64,000 bases of DNA from Chrysomallon squamiferum (GCA_012295275.1 CM022669.1:9300001-9364000), one strand, 5' to 3'; shown: positions 43,733 to 58,116, counted from the stretch's first letter. A program made the numbers and translations. Notes: a model not told the origin generated them from the letters alone.

Positions 43733-44335
43733 ACATGTGTGTGAGTGAGTGAGCCTTTGTACATACACATATACAAACACACTACATAGCTGCTGTATAT
43801 ATAAATTAAGTTTCAATAAATACCCTGAAACTTAATTTTTTCTGAAGTATACAGCCACTGTGTTGAGTGTTGTTCACTGGACCGTGGTGAATGGGATAAT
43901 TTAACTCCCACCAAGCACTTGATCCAGTCATTTCACACCTGACTGAACACACAACTGAAGTGAAGGCAGACTCCTAAACAAGTCAACCCCAACTTGCTTT
44001 CAAGACTGTGGTGCTAAATCATTTGAGGAGGAAATTAACATTTCACAAATAGCTCAAAGTATTTCACTGCTGTCGTATTGTTTTCCAGTGTTCAAGATAC
44101 CCACATTGTCAGTTGAAAACAGTTATGTAATGTAGGCTCAGTTTAAAATGTACCTACCTGAATATTTTATTATTATTATTGTTGTTATTGTTATTGTTAT
44201 TATTATTATTATTATTATTATTTAATATGTCATCATACTGTTAATTTGTTAAATGTTATCTCGTTTGTTTCTATTCTTTCTTTCTTTGTTCCTATTTTTT
44301 CTCTTTCAGCCTCATTCTTCTTTCTTTTTTTTTTC

Positions 44336-44376
<41 letters not shown>

Positions 44377-44538
44377 TTTCTATTTATCCTCTCTCTCTCT
44401 AATAATAAAATTAAAGTTTAATATTAACAGACATTAACTTAATTATTATTTTCCTCTTTTGTTTAGTACGTATAACAGCAATAAATACGACTGTAATATA
44501 ATATATGTGTATAAACATAAATAAATAAATAAATAGTT

Positions 44539-44591
<53 letters not shown>

Positions 44592-45356
44592 CATCATCAT
44601 CATCATAAAGGGCTACAAATTATATAATGAATTATAAAAATGCAATAAAATACACACACACACACACACACACAAATACACACACACACACACATATATA
44701 TATTAAATATAGCAATAATAAATAACAATAATAAAAAAATAAAAATAAAAAGCACTGAAAAAAAAGCAATCCAAAAAAAAGGAAAACAAAATATCAATAG
44801 TAGCAATAGTAATAGTGTAGTAACAATCATCATCATCACCACCAGTCAATCCCAGAACGAAACAAAAGAACGTTTTAAGTACATTTTCTTTAAACCTCCT
44901 GACAGCTGAGAAAATCAAGAATTATCTAGCAAAGCAGTTCATCAAAACCACTCCAAGAACCTATCAGACAGAACTGGCTGGAGAGCCAAAGTCAACAGGA
45001 GGAAAACACACAGAGAACAAACAGACAAGGTCAATAACATGTTTGGTATGTTGGCATGCTGTGTGTGACTTCTCAGATAGGAGAGTTCTTTTTCAAGTTC
45101 AAAGATGGCAGCCAAGATACATGTGGTGAGGCACCTGCGTGGAGGGATGTACATAACAGAATACATTCCTGTTTCAAGTTAGCGTCCACATCGAAAATGT
45201 TTCAACAGATGTAATGAATAAAAGTGAATAATGGTGTGAACATTATTATTTTTTTTTGTGTAGTTTCACTTATTATTATTATTATTATTATTGTTATTAT
45301 TATTATTACTACTGATGCTATTATTATTAAATAAGCATTACTTCAAGCTTTTATTT

Positions 45357-45398
<42 letters not shown>

Positions 45399-45634
45399 AT
45401 TATGGGGAGAAAAAGAATTAAAACGACCCAGCTCACTGATTTATCTAATATATAAAAGATTATTTTAATATTTATTTCTATATATTTCAGTTTTTTATTT
45501 TATTTTACTTTTTCACAGGGAGAAAAATAGTTCACTCACTGTCTTTTTCTCTTTCACACAAACACACACCCACACACACCCAGACATACACACAAACACA
45601 CAACTCAGGTATCATTTAAACAGAAAAAATAAAA

Positions 45635-45671
<37 letters not shown>

Positions 45672-46698
45672 TAATTAATATAACATAAACCCGTTAATAC
45701 CCAACTGTTTCAAACTCCATTTCCCCCATTATTTTATTAACGACTAAATAATCTTCACAGTTTAATGCTGAAAAACATAATTCAATGACATTCAACAAAA
45801 AAAAAAAAAAAAAAAAAAAATCCTTAAAAAATAAAACAAAATAAAATAAAATAATATAATAAAAAATAAAAATAATAAAAATGAAAGGTGTTAATGGCTT
45901 TGAACTGCGACAAGGAAAAAGAAAGACATTTTTTTTGAAAAGACCGTGGATGTAGTTAAATCTTGGGTTTCCTGCGGAGAAGACAAATTTCAATGATAAA
46001 CAATGTTGTACACACCCAGTTATGAGAGGCGACATCTGGTGTGAGTTGAGATTAAGCTCTCAGTTTTCACTTGTCTGTGGCCAGTGAATGAGGCCCTCGG
46101 GTGTTTTCCTTTATAACACAAATCAGCTGGTGGAAGGGTTTTATTTTTCTCTTTTTTTTTCTAAATAAATCAACTTGATGTTAGGGGCTTTTGTAAAAAA
46201 AAAATTTATTATTATTATTTTTTTTTTTTATGATATTCTGAATAAAAATGTATGAGATATTTTTTCTTTTCAGAAATATATTTTAGATTTTAAGTTTGAA
46301 AGTAGTCATAATAATAGCAGTAGTACTTGTAAGATTACTAACAGGGGTGTGTGTGTGAATGAAAATCTGTAAATTTATTTATTATTATTATTATTTTAAA
46401 AAAATAAAAAGAAGAAAAAATAAGTTTTAATATATATTTTGTAATTTTTAAAATTATTTTGTGAGATACATAAAAAAAGAAAGAAAGAAAGAAAGAAGAA
46501 TGATGATAAAACAGCAGAAAGACAAAAGTAATTTTCAAAATTACACACATTTGTGATAAAATCAGATGATTCAATAAAGTAATTTTTAATATTTTATTAT
46601 ATTTATTTTAATGTTAAGGTTTGTTTTGTCATTTTTTGTTGTATACATACATATATACATACATACATACATACTACATACATACATACATACATACG

Positions 46699-46729
<31 letters not shown>

Positions 46730-47253
46730 ACATCAGTTAAATATACCAACGAATTAACCTCTAAAGATAAACTAAAAAAAAAAAAGACAATAAAAAATAT
46801 TTTCATAAAATATTTAATACATATGGAAACATTTCAAATTCATTCAGATCACAGGCAAATCAATACTTTTGTATATACATCAATGCACACACACACAGAC
46901 AGACACACACTAATATGTACAGACATAAACATTAAAGAGTACATTTCACAGGGATAAAACTATGTTTAGAAAAATGGATATATAATGTATATACACACTA
47001 TTCTATAAATAACAATGCCAGTACAAGATAATAGAATAATAATAATGTTTATTAAATTCTTCTACTAAAAGTGATTATGCAGCCCTGAGAAGAATGGAAA
47101 AGAGCCACACAATTTTTCTAAAAGAATAAATAAAGAAAGAAAGAAATAAAATCAATAAAATAGAAAAATTAAAAGAATAAAACAAAGAAAAAACAAATTA
47201 AAAACAAGAAATACACACACAAAAAAAAAAAAAAAAGTCACCAAACAAATAAC

Positions 47254-47314
<61 letters not shown>

Positions 47315-47931
47315 GTAATAGTAATTCTAGTTTTTCCATACCAACATGAAACAATGACCCAGCTTAAAATGGGCTATATTACTGGGACAAGCCCATCTGA
47401 TCAAAGGCTGTTACAACAATAGTGACAGCTAGCTAGCAAAACGTGATACCAATGTATCATTTGTATTCACACTGTTGAACAAATCAATCTATCATCTACA
47501 TCAGCCGCAGCAGCACTCTGCACTCAACTACCGCAACAGCAGGTCAAACATAAATCACTCTGGTAAATGTCTGTTCTCAAACTTGAATAACAGTTATTAA
47601 TATTCATCATGGTTAGAGTAAAATAATAATAAAAAAAAATTAATAAAAAAAATAATACATATATTGTATGTTCTTTCATTTTTTTCATTTTCCATTATTC
47701 ATTTATTTTATTTTATTTTATTTTATTTTTCGTCATAAACCTAAAAATGAATTATTATCTGTAGACTAAAAAAAATTATTTTCCATGAATATTCTGTCAT
47801 TTTAAAATTAGCCATCATCATGGATCTTAGGGGTTTTTTTGTTTGTTTTCTTTTTGAAAGGCACATTATTGATTTAAAAAAAAAAAAAAAATAAGAAAGG
47901 GGAAAAAAAAAATCAAAAACAAATGAAATTA

Positions 47932-47979
<48 letters not shown>

Positions 47980-48552
47980 AGAAAATGTCAGATGAAAGTT
48001 TATAATAGTACATCTGTTGCCTATTCCAAAAAAAAAAAATAAAAAAAAAAATAAAAAAATAAAAATGAAAGAAAGAAAGAAAGAAAAAAACTGTTTTAAT
48101 TTAAAATCTTTATGTTTTCAGAAAATATAAGATGCAAGCTTCAAAAGGAAAGCAATTCATTGTTGTTTCATGTCACAAAATAAATTTATTACATTTGAAA
48201 GCAAAATGACAGATGGAGTATACAGTGGCAATGTTAGCATATACTGTTATTATTTTAACCTTCTTTTGAAATACTGTATTCATTTAACCAGATATCCAGT
48301 ATCCTTCATGTTGGATTCAGTTTAAATAAGCTAGCCTGTGTTATTATAGTTGTTAAAAACAGAACTAAAAATTAATAAAATTAAGAAAAAAAAACCCCCA
48401 CACAAACAAAACAAACCAACCAACAGAATAAACTAAGAGCTTTGACTAGTGACTTTAGGTACTTTTCATTGAAACTGGTCACAAACAGGCATAAATATTG
48501 TTTCATATATTTTTTTTTATATACTGATAATGTATGACAAGACCAGAATATA

Positions 48553-48612
<60 letters not shown>

Positions 48613-48929
48613 GACACATACACAAAAAACAAAAAAAACATCACCCATATACTGGCCCCCACAAAAAAACACCTCATCAACACACACATAATAAAAATGT
48701 TTTGTGTTTTTTTTTTTTCTGTTTTTTTTTGTTTTTTTTTTTGTTTCTTCATTATTTTCACACAGCTGAAAGCACAATTTGGATAGCAAAGCGAATAAAA
48801 ATGGTCTGTAATGAAAGTGTTTACAAATAGTATACAAATGTCTCTTTTTGTGTTGTACATGTTGTTGTTGTGGTGGTGGTGTGTCTTACAGGACAGTGTA
48901 ACAAACAGGCTGATCTACGGGTGACTCAC

Positions 48930-51900
48930 CTCCGTACATCGGCTCATACATGGAAGGGAATCCGCCAACGACGTGGGTGTGGTGGTGGGTGTGTACGTGC
49001 CTCTGCGTTGGTGGGGAGCGAGACTTTTCCGAAACGGACGACGACGAGTTGGCAGGATGGACTGCGACCGAGGGCGATGAGGAGTCGAGACTTTTCGAGG
49101 TGACGGGTGACGGTGCCTGCACCCGAGACTTGTCGCCGAGCTCGTGAATTTTGTGCAGGTTGGAATAGTACTGGGATCCCGACCCTTCAATGCTCTTGGC
49201 TTCGGGCTCTGCAGGGACCGGGACCGGAACCGGGACCGGGACCGGAACGGGAACGACGGTTTTGCTCTCGGTTTTCTCCTTCTCTGCCTCGCCCACGTGA
49301 TATCCCAGGTGGGCGGGGTGGAGGTAGGCCGGGTTTGTGTTGTAGCCTATGATCTGCGGGTTCATCCGGTATCCCAGCGAACTGTTCGGGTCGTAGGGGA
49401 TGTGTCCGTAATGGGGGGACTGCATGTACGGTGGGTAGGACATGTACGGAGGGTAAGGGGAGGTAAGACTGGCGGCTGCTGCCGCCGCTGCTGCTGGTGA
49501 TCCAGCTGCTGAAGATAAGAGGCTGGATGAGGCAGGAGGAACACCACTGCCCGACGACTGAGGCATCTGCCTCATTTTGCCTTGGTCTACGGGAGTCCTT
49601 GGTTTCTCACACACACGCTGTTTGTCGTCAACGTTTTTCATTTCTGAACTGTTTCTCATCACAGCCTCCCTTCCCTGAATCTCCTTCTGGCGAACATCCA
49701 TCACCTCCTTCTTGACCAAGTCTCTTGGCTGATTGTCATATTTACCTGCATCTGACCCTGGCCTCATTTTCACCACACTGTCAGTGCTGGTCAGCTCAGG
49801 AGGGGGCTTGCTTGCACTCAGCTCCATCTTGCGTTTCTGCTGCTCTATGTACTTCTGCTGCTGAAACATGTGCATCCTCCTCGCTTCCTCCTGCTGCTGC
49901 TGCTGCTGCTTCTCCTTGTACATTTTGCTGTAGTCAGAATGCATGTCGTACCGCGACCTCTCCATCTGCGACTTGAGCTCTATGTTCTCCTTCAGAATCT
50001 GATGGTTCTCATTCTGCTTCTCTCTCAGTGCTTGATCCTTGAAGTCTCGTTCAGAATTTCTGTCCATCATCATTGGCTTCTTGTCTGATGACATCCGGTC
50101 CATGCTTGAACCAGGCATGTTTCCCTGAGAGGCAGGAGGAATTGACTGCTGCTTTAGCATTTTAGACACTCCAGGCTGAGGATCGTTCGATGGGGTTATT
50201 CTGCCTCGAGATGACGGTCTAGAGTCAGATGACTTGCCACTGCTTCCTTCACCTTCCTTACTCATCTGTTCCTGTTCTCTGAGTCTCTGCTCCTCTGCTG
50301 CCTTTTCATACTGCTGCCGATAATGAGGATCCTGCTGCATCATGTACTGGGGGTCAATGTAAGCACCGTAAGCTGCCAGATACTGGTATTGTGCTTGAGG
50401 AGGAAGATGCTGCAGCTGCAGATACAACCACTGCTGTTGTGGGGTCATCGCCTGCTGACCAGGTGGACACTCTGGTGGTTTGTTTTTCCCATCTCCCTTA
50501 TCTTCTGGCTTGTTGTCCGGCTTGCGTCTGCCTTCCATTACACCAGCTTGCCCTGACTTCTTCTCATCAGCCGATGCCGATGCTGAAGCTTCCTTACCCA
50601 GAGCCTGACTCTTTGAGCTGCTGGGAGATGGATTGGTCATCATGTACGGCGACTGCCCGTAGTAGTACATCCCAAAGTGAGAAACATTGCTGCCTTCATC
50701 CTGAGGTAACTGAGAACCTTGGCTCTGATCTTCTTTCTTTATTGAGGTTTGCTCTTTCTTCTGAGGACTTTCGTTCTGCTGAGGAGAAGAAGACTCGTTT
50801 GCGTCTGAGATGTCCGAGTAGGCTGGACTCTGAACATCGTCATTCAGAGGCGTCTTCCTGTCCGGTGTTGACACTAGAAGTGAATTCACTTTTAACAAAT
50901 TGGGAGGCTGTGTCTGCCTCTGCTGAAGCTGCTCTGTTCCGTTCTTGCCAGGCATCTGTGAAGTTATAACCGATGCTCCCCGAGAGCTTGGTCTCTGCAC
51001 ATCAGTCACAGGCTTACCTACTTCCACAGTCAAGTCTTTCACGTCTTTATTTGACGTGTTGCTAGTCTCTGAGTTTCTGGACGGAATAGGAGTTGTTTTT
51101 ATCACAGGAGGTCGGTCACTTTTAAGGTGGTCATCTTTAAGCAGTGGATCTTTGGTCGGTGGTTTGCTAGAGTTAACACTGTGTGAATTCCCAGAATCTT
51201 TCTCCTTCTGCTTCTTCTTCTGCTTCGGCTTCTTGTCCTTGAGGCCTACCAGTGCTGGGTTGATGCTGTGGGGTTCACCCATAATTGTAGGCTTGGGCTG
51301 AATGGGTTTCAAGGAAGGAGACATTTGTGAGTGTGTTATAACAGGTGAAAGATTGGAGTGAGTGACATTCACGTTACTGGACAGGGCTATCATCTGAGGG
51401 GATGGGGCGGGCACTATGGGGCGATTGGCAGTTTTATTTTTACACTTATCACCTTTTTCCTTCACACTAGAGTCACATTTGCTCAAATCAGCTGGCTGAG
51501 GTGCTGTTGTTGTTGTTACTGCAGCAACAGTGATTGGGATGGGGTTAGCCACAGAACAGTTTGTGGTGGTGCAAGACGGGCTGCTCACCATGGAGTTCAC
51601 TGACTGCGTGACAACAGCCACACCACCGAGACATCCCATAGGAGCACTTGTAATTTGATATATCTGAGTCACTGGGACACTGCAGTTCTTTAAGGGTGTG
51701 GTGCACACAGGGACAGACACACTAGAGGTAACAGGGGGTGCTTCTGATTTCTTAGGAGTGCTAAGATTAGAATTGTCATTTTTACTGTCTGATTTGCTAG
51801 AATCACTTTTAGATAGTTTGTCCTGCTGTGTTGTGCCTGACCCAGAAGCAGAAAGCAGCAGCAGCAGCAGCAGCAGCGGTACTATTAACAGCTTTAGATG

Positions 51901-52565
51901 CTTCTGCAATCTCTTTTAATGGAATGTTGTCCTCATTTTCTTTCTCCTTATCTTTAGAACTCACACTCTTAGCACTCTCTTTGGAGTCCTTGTTTTTGTT
52001 TTTCTCCTCGGAATCATTCTGAAGTGTACACTTCCTCTTTTCCCTTGTTGAAACAACAGGAGCTGGAGGAGCAGGTTCGTTCTCTGGAACATCAACATCC
52101 TCATTGTCGTCGTCATCCTGATTGCTGGAAAGTGTTGAGTTCTGGTGGGCGTGGGTCTGGTGATATCTCAGCCCATTGATATGTTTGTATTTCTTGTTGC
52201 ACTTTGGCTCGGGACACTCTATCAGAGCTCCTGAAGGACTCTCTGTGCCTGGTGCTCCTCTAGAACTTGACCTGCAACGCTTCACTTTGGCATTGTCCGA
52301 CAAGTCCAAGTCAATGGGACGTCCTTTCCTTTTCAGTCCCCCACCAACAGATATGTCAGACCGTGCTGGACTGGGAGGTGCCTGGAATCCATTGGTGCCA
52401 GTGCCCGAGGTGCCTCCTCCTCCTCCTCTGCGACACTTCCTGAGTTTTCTTCCCTCAAGATTGACCTTTTCATTTACCGGTGTCCCTGCTGTAGCACGAC
52501 CACGTTTGCCTCGGCCTTTTGGAGTTCTGTTTTCAACATCGCTGACTGGAGACTCACAGTTCAGT
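48930..52565 (-). CDS. ZNF608: ZNF608/ZNF609-family large coding exon (~1211 codons), containing the single C2H2 finger; one-base frame break at 51852-51854
   Basis: Acceptor tgtgtttttcAG| at 52567-52566, donor G|GTGAGT at 48929. Joins ORFs 51809..52723 and 48886..51909. Family motifs: RLNCESPVSD..GRGKRGR, CPEPKCNKKYKHINGLRYHQTHAH, RPIVPAP, LKPIQPKPTIMGEP..NPALV.LKDKK, SPAYSDISD, ENHQILKE, SPPTQRHVHTHHHTHV. The exon length fits the flanking phases only after removing 1 nt (3635 = 1 + 1211x3 + 1). Confidence 0.95.
49215..49254 (-). repeat. Coding hexanucleotide repeat encoding (Val-Pro)n
   Basis: + strand GGACCG/GAACCG repeats translate to VPVPVPVPVPVPVP in the large exon. Confidence 0.9.
52145..52216 (-). 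other. C2H2 zinc finger coding segment (CPEPKCNKKYKHINGLRYHQTHAH)
   Basis: C-x4-C-x12-H-x4-H spacing, closely resembling the single finger of ZNF608/ZNF609/Brakeless. Confidence 0.95.
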
Positions 52566-53369
52566 CTGAAAAACACAGAACACATAACATTAACACATAA
52601 CAGTTTAAACAAAATGGTAGTTAATTTTCTAGGTTCTGTGCAGTCTGTTGCTGTCCCAGTGTTGTATGTTAATTCTATTTTCTCTAAATGTCCACAAATC
52701 AGAGTCATTTGGAAACAATACAAATTTGTTCAGATTGTTCGAAACATCATACAGGAAATAAAACACACACACACAGACACAGACACAGACACACATAGAT
52801 AGAGACACACACAGATATACAGACACACACACACACACACACACACTGTATTATATCTTCAGATGTTACAAAAATTGAAAGCATTCTTCAGTTTAATTCA
52901 ATCATCTTTTTTTTATTCTTTTTTTTATCTCCTTTGTCTGCACATCTGTACACTGTCCATGTGTGGGGTCTTGCTAACCAAATTCAAACAAAACAACCTA
53001 ATCAAACAGAAAGATCTCCACAGCACCTTGAAACCAACAACAAAAGATTTGCACTTGCCCCAGCAAAAGATGGGCAGTTTAATCTGTAAACTCTGATAAA
53101 ACATTCAAACTTGTAGATTGTGATCTCTGGAAAACGAGACAGAGCTGAGAGTTAAAAAAAAAAAAAAAAAAAAAAAAAACAGTTGAAAGTTGTCATGTTT
53201 AACTCTCACAAACAGCAACACTTAGAAGTGTAGATTTTTAGTTGTGAAAGATGAGTGAGTGAACATTTAGAAAATTAAAGAAAAATAAAAAAAAAAAAAA
53301 AATGGTCACTTTGTGATTTTGTGGGTATTTCTTTTACAAATTTCTTTGTGTCTATGTTTTGTCTGTGTA

Positions 53370-53402
<33 letters not shown>

Positions 53403-53596
53403 CACTGTGCATTTCTTTGGGTGTCTGTATGTGTCTTTTGTGAGAGTATGTGTGCTACAAACTTTACCACTAACATAGGATGGCTTGTAAAAATTTCAAA
53501 ATCTTTCTAGGTATGTCTGTCTGTGTGAGTTTATTTGCAAACAAAGAGCGATAAATGGATACACTGAAAACACAACAGACACTCAGACACACAGAC

Positions 53597-53649
<53 letters not shown>

Positions 53650-55221
53650 TTGTAAATGAAGACATATACATGTACACAACCAGTGATATTACTGCTCTGA
53701 TTTTAAGAACTGTGTGAGTGTGCTCTGGAACAAAGGTGTTTGGTTTTTTTTTTCTGGAGAATCAATTAAATTGTACAAAAGTGATCAGTGCCACACAGAG
53801 CTGACACAGAAACACCTTCACATCCACAGCAGATGAAAATCTGTCTACAGACAGTCAGAATCAGGTCAGGATTTATCTACTAGTAAAAGAGTTTCTTCTT
53901 CAGGAAGAGAAAATGTTTTGGCACTTTTACTTAGATGTGTGTTATGTTGTGTGATAGAAAAAGATATACTGCTGGAAAAGAAAAACCATTTGGCAAAAAA
54001 TATTTTAAGATTTTTTTTTTCTTTTCTTGTTTCACTGAAAAAAAATATTATGGAAAGGAAATGTTGAAAATGAAAAATTCCTTGTGAAAATTTGCCAATT
54101 TTATTTTTTATTTTTTTATTTTTGTTTTTTTTGTTGAAAATACTCAAAAATGGTTTTAAAAAATAAAGAAGTTTTAAAAAGAAAAAATATTTTATGTAAA
54201 ACAAATTTAATGCAAAATCTTTTTTGTCATGTTTCCCTTTTATGTTCAAATATTTTTTTTCTTTTTCCATCAGCTGATAAAAATTTTATGAAACAAAACC
54301 AGAGTATTCTGTCAGAAACAAATTACTTTAAAATTTACTTCACAACAAAAAAAAAAAAAAAAAAATAAAAATAAAATAAAATAAAATAAATAATAAATTA
54401 AAATAAAATTATTAAATAACAAAAACAATTATAATTATAATAAGAACAATAATAATAACAACAAAATGCCAGAAAAAAAAAAAAAATTGTTCTGGAATTT
54501 CTTGAGGCTATATAAGATTTATTTGCAGCTTTTTCTTCTATAATGTTGCTTTTTTCCTAAAATTATTATTTAAACATAAATACAGATTGAAATTTGGAAG
54601 AAAGAAAAAAAAAAGAAAAAAGAAAGAAAGAAAAAAGAACTTATAAAAGCAGTTTTCACTTTTACATTTGACTCAGCAGTTTATTTGAAGAAGAAAAAGA
54701 AGAAAAAAAAGTGTACAAAAGATTTGAGATAGAAACCTGAACTAAAGATTTAATTTAAAAAAAAAAAAAAAAATAAAACTCAAAAATAATCTTTTTAGTT
54801 TCATGTTTCTAATCTTTTTTCTGTTCTGAATTTTTTTTTATATTATTTTTAAAAATTTATTTCTTGCATCGCTTTACGAGATGTTTTCCAACTTATGTTA
54901 CAAAATGCTGACTCAAAATAATCTTGATAAGTGAATAGACCTTTATATACAAAAATAGAATTAGTTTTTGTTTAGATGCTATCAACTAATTTATATATGT
55001 AGATATATAAATACAGATCTACATATACATATAGATATAGATACGGATATATATAGAAACAAAAATCAGAAAGTAAGCAGTTTCATTTAAAGTTGTTTAA
55101 ATCATATGATAAAAATAATTAAATATGCATAAACCTATACACAGTTTAGACTCACATACACTTACACACACACAGAGATACACACACAGAGATAAACACA
55201 CACAAACACACACACAAACAC

Positions 55222-55254
<33 letters not shown>

Positions 55255-57092
55255 TAACAAATCAAAAATGTCAGTAAATAGGTTGATTGCATCATTCTGT
55301 TTCATCACTTAAGAGGGGAAAAAAAACCTGAAACTAAGTCTGAACCGACACTAACTGAGAACTGAGTTTATTTTAAACAGAGTTGTTTTAAGTATCAACA
55401 CATCACCTGCAGATGTTTTCCAGAAATACTACACTTCTGTCCAACTAACACTCCCAGCTCTTCCCTACAGCAAAATATTCAAACATTTTATTCCAGATAC
55501 TAAGACTGGCACCACACAAACTTCATAAACCACACAAAGAGAAATTTCTCAAAACTTCATAAATCAATAACACAAAACAGAAATTGTCTTGATTTTCGAA
55601 TTTATCATTCAGTAGCAGCAGACATTTTAATTCACACCTTTATTTATAAAGTCTCATAAAACTTCACTAAATTTTTTTTTAATTTTTACAGGAGTGATGT
55701 ACAGGTGATATCACTTGATTCAAATCACTATCCCAGTTTTATCAAAGTTTACTTTTGGCATTTTGAAAGAAACATGAGAGCTGAGAAGTGACCTTTCATT
55801 TATAAACTTTGCTGAGGCCCATGAAACAAACAAACCAAGAAAAAAAAAAAAATAATAATAATAAAACGTTTGAATGTGGGTTATATATTTCGTTTCACTA
55901 CTCATCATACCTTATTCTTTCAAAAAAAAAACAACAACAAAAAACCCGCATAAAAAACAAACAAAAACAAATCTAATAATAATTCCAAATATTTTTGATT
56001 GTGGATACATCTGTAGTCTCATTCCCTATCCCTTGTTCACAAAACTGCAGATTTTACATTCCAAACTGTTTAGTGCAGGGGTGAGCTACACTGAGAGTCT
56101 TAAATGACTATGAGAAAATCACATTCTATGAGCCTATCAGGCTATCTACACATCTGGTTTTTGTTTTAACATACTGGTGATGAAAAACCCTGCAGAGAGA
56201 CACACAAAGGGGAAGAAAGGTTTTAGTGTGTTTAGAGTGAAAACAGGAACAAGGAAAAGGTGTTTATTTTAAACTGGTTGGAAAAGTTATCTGAGTTTTA
56301 GAAGAAAAAAAAGAAAGAAAGAAAGAAAGAAAGTAAAAAGGAAAAGAAATACAGAGGAAGACAGGAAGAAAGAAAAAAGTTAAAGAGAAAGAGAGAAAAA
56401 AGAAAGATAAATAAATTAACAGGAGAATGAAAAAGAAAAGATAAAAAAAGAAAGAAAAATAGGAAATAAATGTGAATTTGACATGTTGGTAAATGGGGGA
56501 ACTTGTTACAACAAGATATTCATGTTTATGCTGATATTTTACAATCTTATTTTCTTTCTTTCTTTTTTTTCTTTTTCCTTTTTTCTTTTTGCTTTATTTT
56601 TTTTTTTTCCCCAAGCCACAAAAAAACAAAAACCTGTTCCCACCAGTATTAACCACAACTTCTCCAGGTTTAAAAATAACTTCTAAATGCATTCAGTGCA
56701 GTTTTTTTCTCTCTCTCTTCTTTACGCTGTTAAAGTCATTGTATGAAATGATTTATTGGAGTTTTGTGTATGAAATAAGCTTTGTCATTGGACTGATCTG
56801 TGAACTGAGTATCACATAAAACACATCTACAGTGACACATGTTTAAACATCACAATAAACAAACATTCAAAACTGATGTGTTTTAAAATGGAAAACAAAT
56901 GTGTTTTGTTTTCTGGGGATGGTTTTTTGTCCCCCTTCCAATTTCTTTAACAAAAATCACTAATACAACAAAAAAAAAAATACACACATACATATACACT
57001 CACCATATATCCTTATTTGCAAAATATAGTTGGATACATGCATACATAAAAACAGCTGTATACTTAAAGACAAACTCTTAAAAAAAAAACAC

Positions 57093-57127
<35 letters not shown>

Positions 57128-58079
57128 CTACAGGAAATGAAACAGTATTTCCAATGTTCAGTATAATTATCTATCTACCTAACTATCTATAATTAAAAAA
57201 AATATATATTAATTAATTACGTCCAACAGGTGTTAACACAAATTATTTCTTTTGACATCACATAAAAAAAACACCTTTTGCTCTGTTCTTAATTTATCAT
57301 AGTTTCAGGCAGATCAAATTATTTTTATTTTTCCAGTATCACCCTATCCCCAACCTAGGTGAGGAAACTAGTTTATCTTTTTTTTTTAAACAGCTCCTGG
57401 GCACACTATCTCAATTTATCAAGTATCATAATCCATCATCATCATCATCATCATCATCATCCACATCACTGACAGCAATATGAAACTGTGTGGACTTTAG
57501 TAAGCTAGGTTTGATAACAGTGCACAGTGAGATAGATTGTTTGAGAAACTGGGGAATCATGGGGTACAAAACTCAGATAATGACAGCAAACTACTACTAC
57601 TACCACTACTACTGCAACTTCTTTTTCTTCTACTTCTACTGCTGTTACTACTAACATTAGTACCTACTATTATCATCACAACTACAACAACATTGGTTAT
57701 TAATACTAAATTATCTGTCTACTCTCTCTCTCTCCCCCCTCTCTCTCTTCCCATTTTTTCTGCCTCATCCTGTTATGTTTATTTTCTTTCAAATTAGATG
57801 TAAATCACCAGACAGTAAAAGAAAACATGCCAACTCATAAAGCAGTAATTTATTTAGTAAGAAAATATCTATGAAATGTTTCCAACAGCTATTAAGCCAA
57901 GCATTTTTTTTATTTTATTTTTTTGATTTTTTTTCCCCCTTAACTTCCAGAATGTGTATTCCAGGATTTTAAAATCTTTGCCAACAGCAATCTGGTTAGA
58001 ACTTTTTTTTTTGAAATCCTAATCTTTTTTCCTTTCTTACAGTTTTTTTTTTTTTTTTTTTTTTACTCTCTCACTTTTT

Positions 58080-58116
<37 letters not shown>

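Larger units (their letters stand above)
38649..48929 (-). other. Probable last intron (phase 1, 10,281 bp) of the ZNF608-like gene
   Basis: GTGAGT donor and a T-rich CAG acceptor. Small unrecognised exons inside cannot be excluded. Confidence 0.68.

Noticed and set aside
51840-51909. Signal-peptide-like start (MQKHLKLLIVPLLLLLLLLSASG) of the 1007-aa ORF
   Set aside because: The start is TTG, not ATG, and the Leu run is the (GCT)8 Ala tract read in the shifted frame. The protein belongs to a nuclear ZNF608 family, not a secreted one.
48930-52565. Calling the gene a pseudogene
   Set aside because: Only one lesion in ~3.8 kb of coding sequence, at a homopolymer, with all conserved motifs and splice sites intact.
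52566-52723. N-terminal 52 aa of ORF 51809..52723
   Set aside because: Lies upstream of the splice acceptor at 52566 and is intronic; the true upstream sequence comes from exon 63810-63723.
48870-52802. Plus-strand ORFs overlapping the large exon (e.g. 50391..50969, 52176..52802)
   Set aside because: Antisense shadows of a GC-richer coding exon with no recognisable domains.
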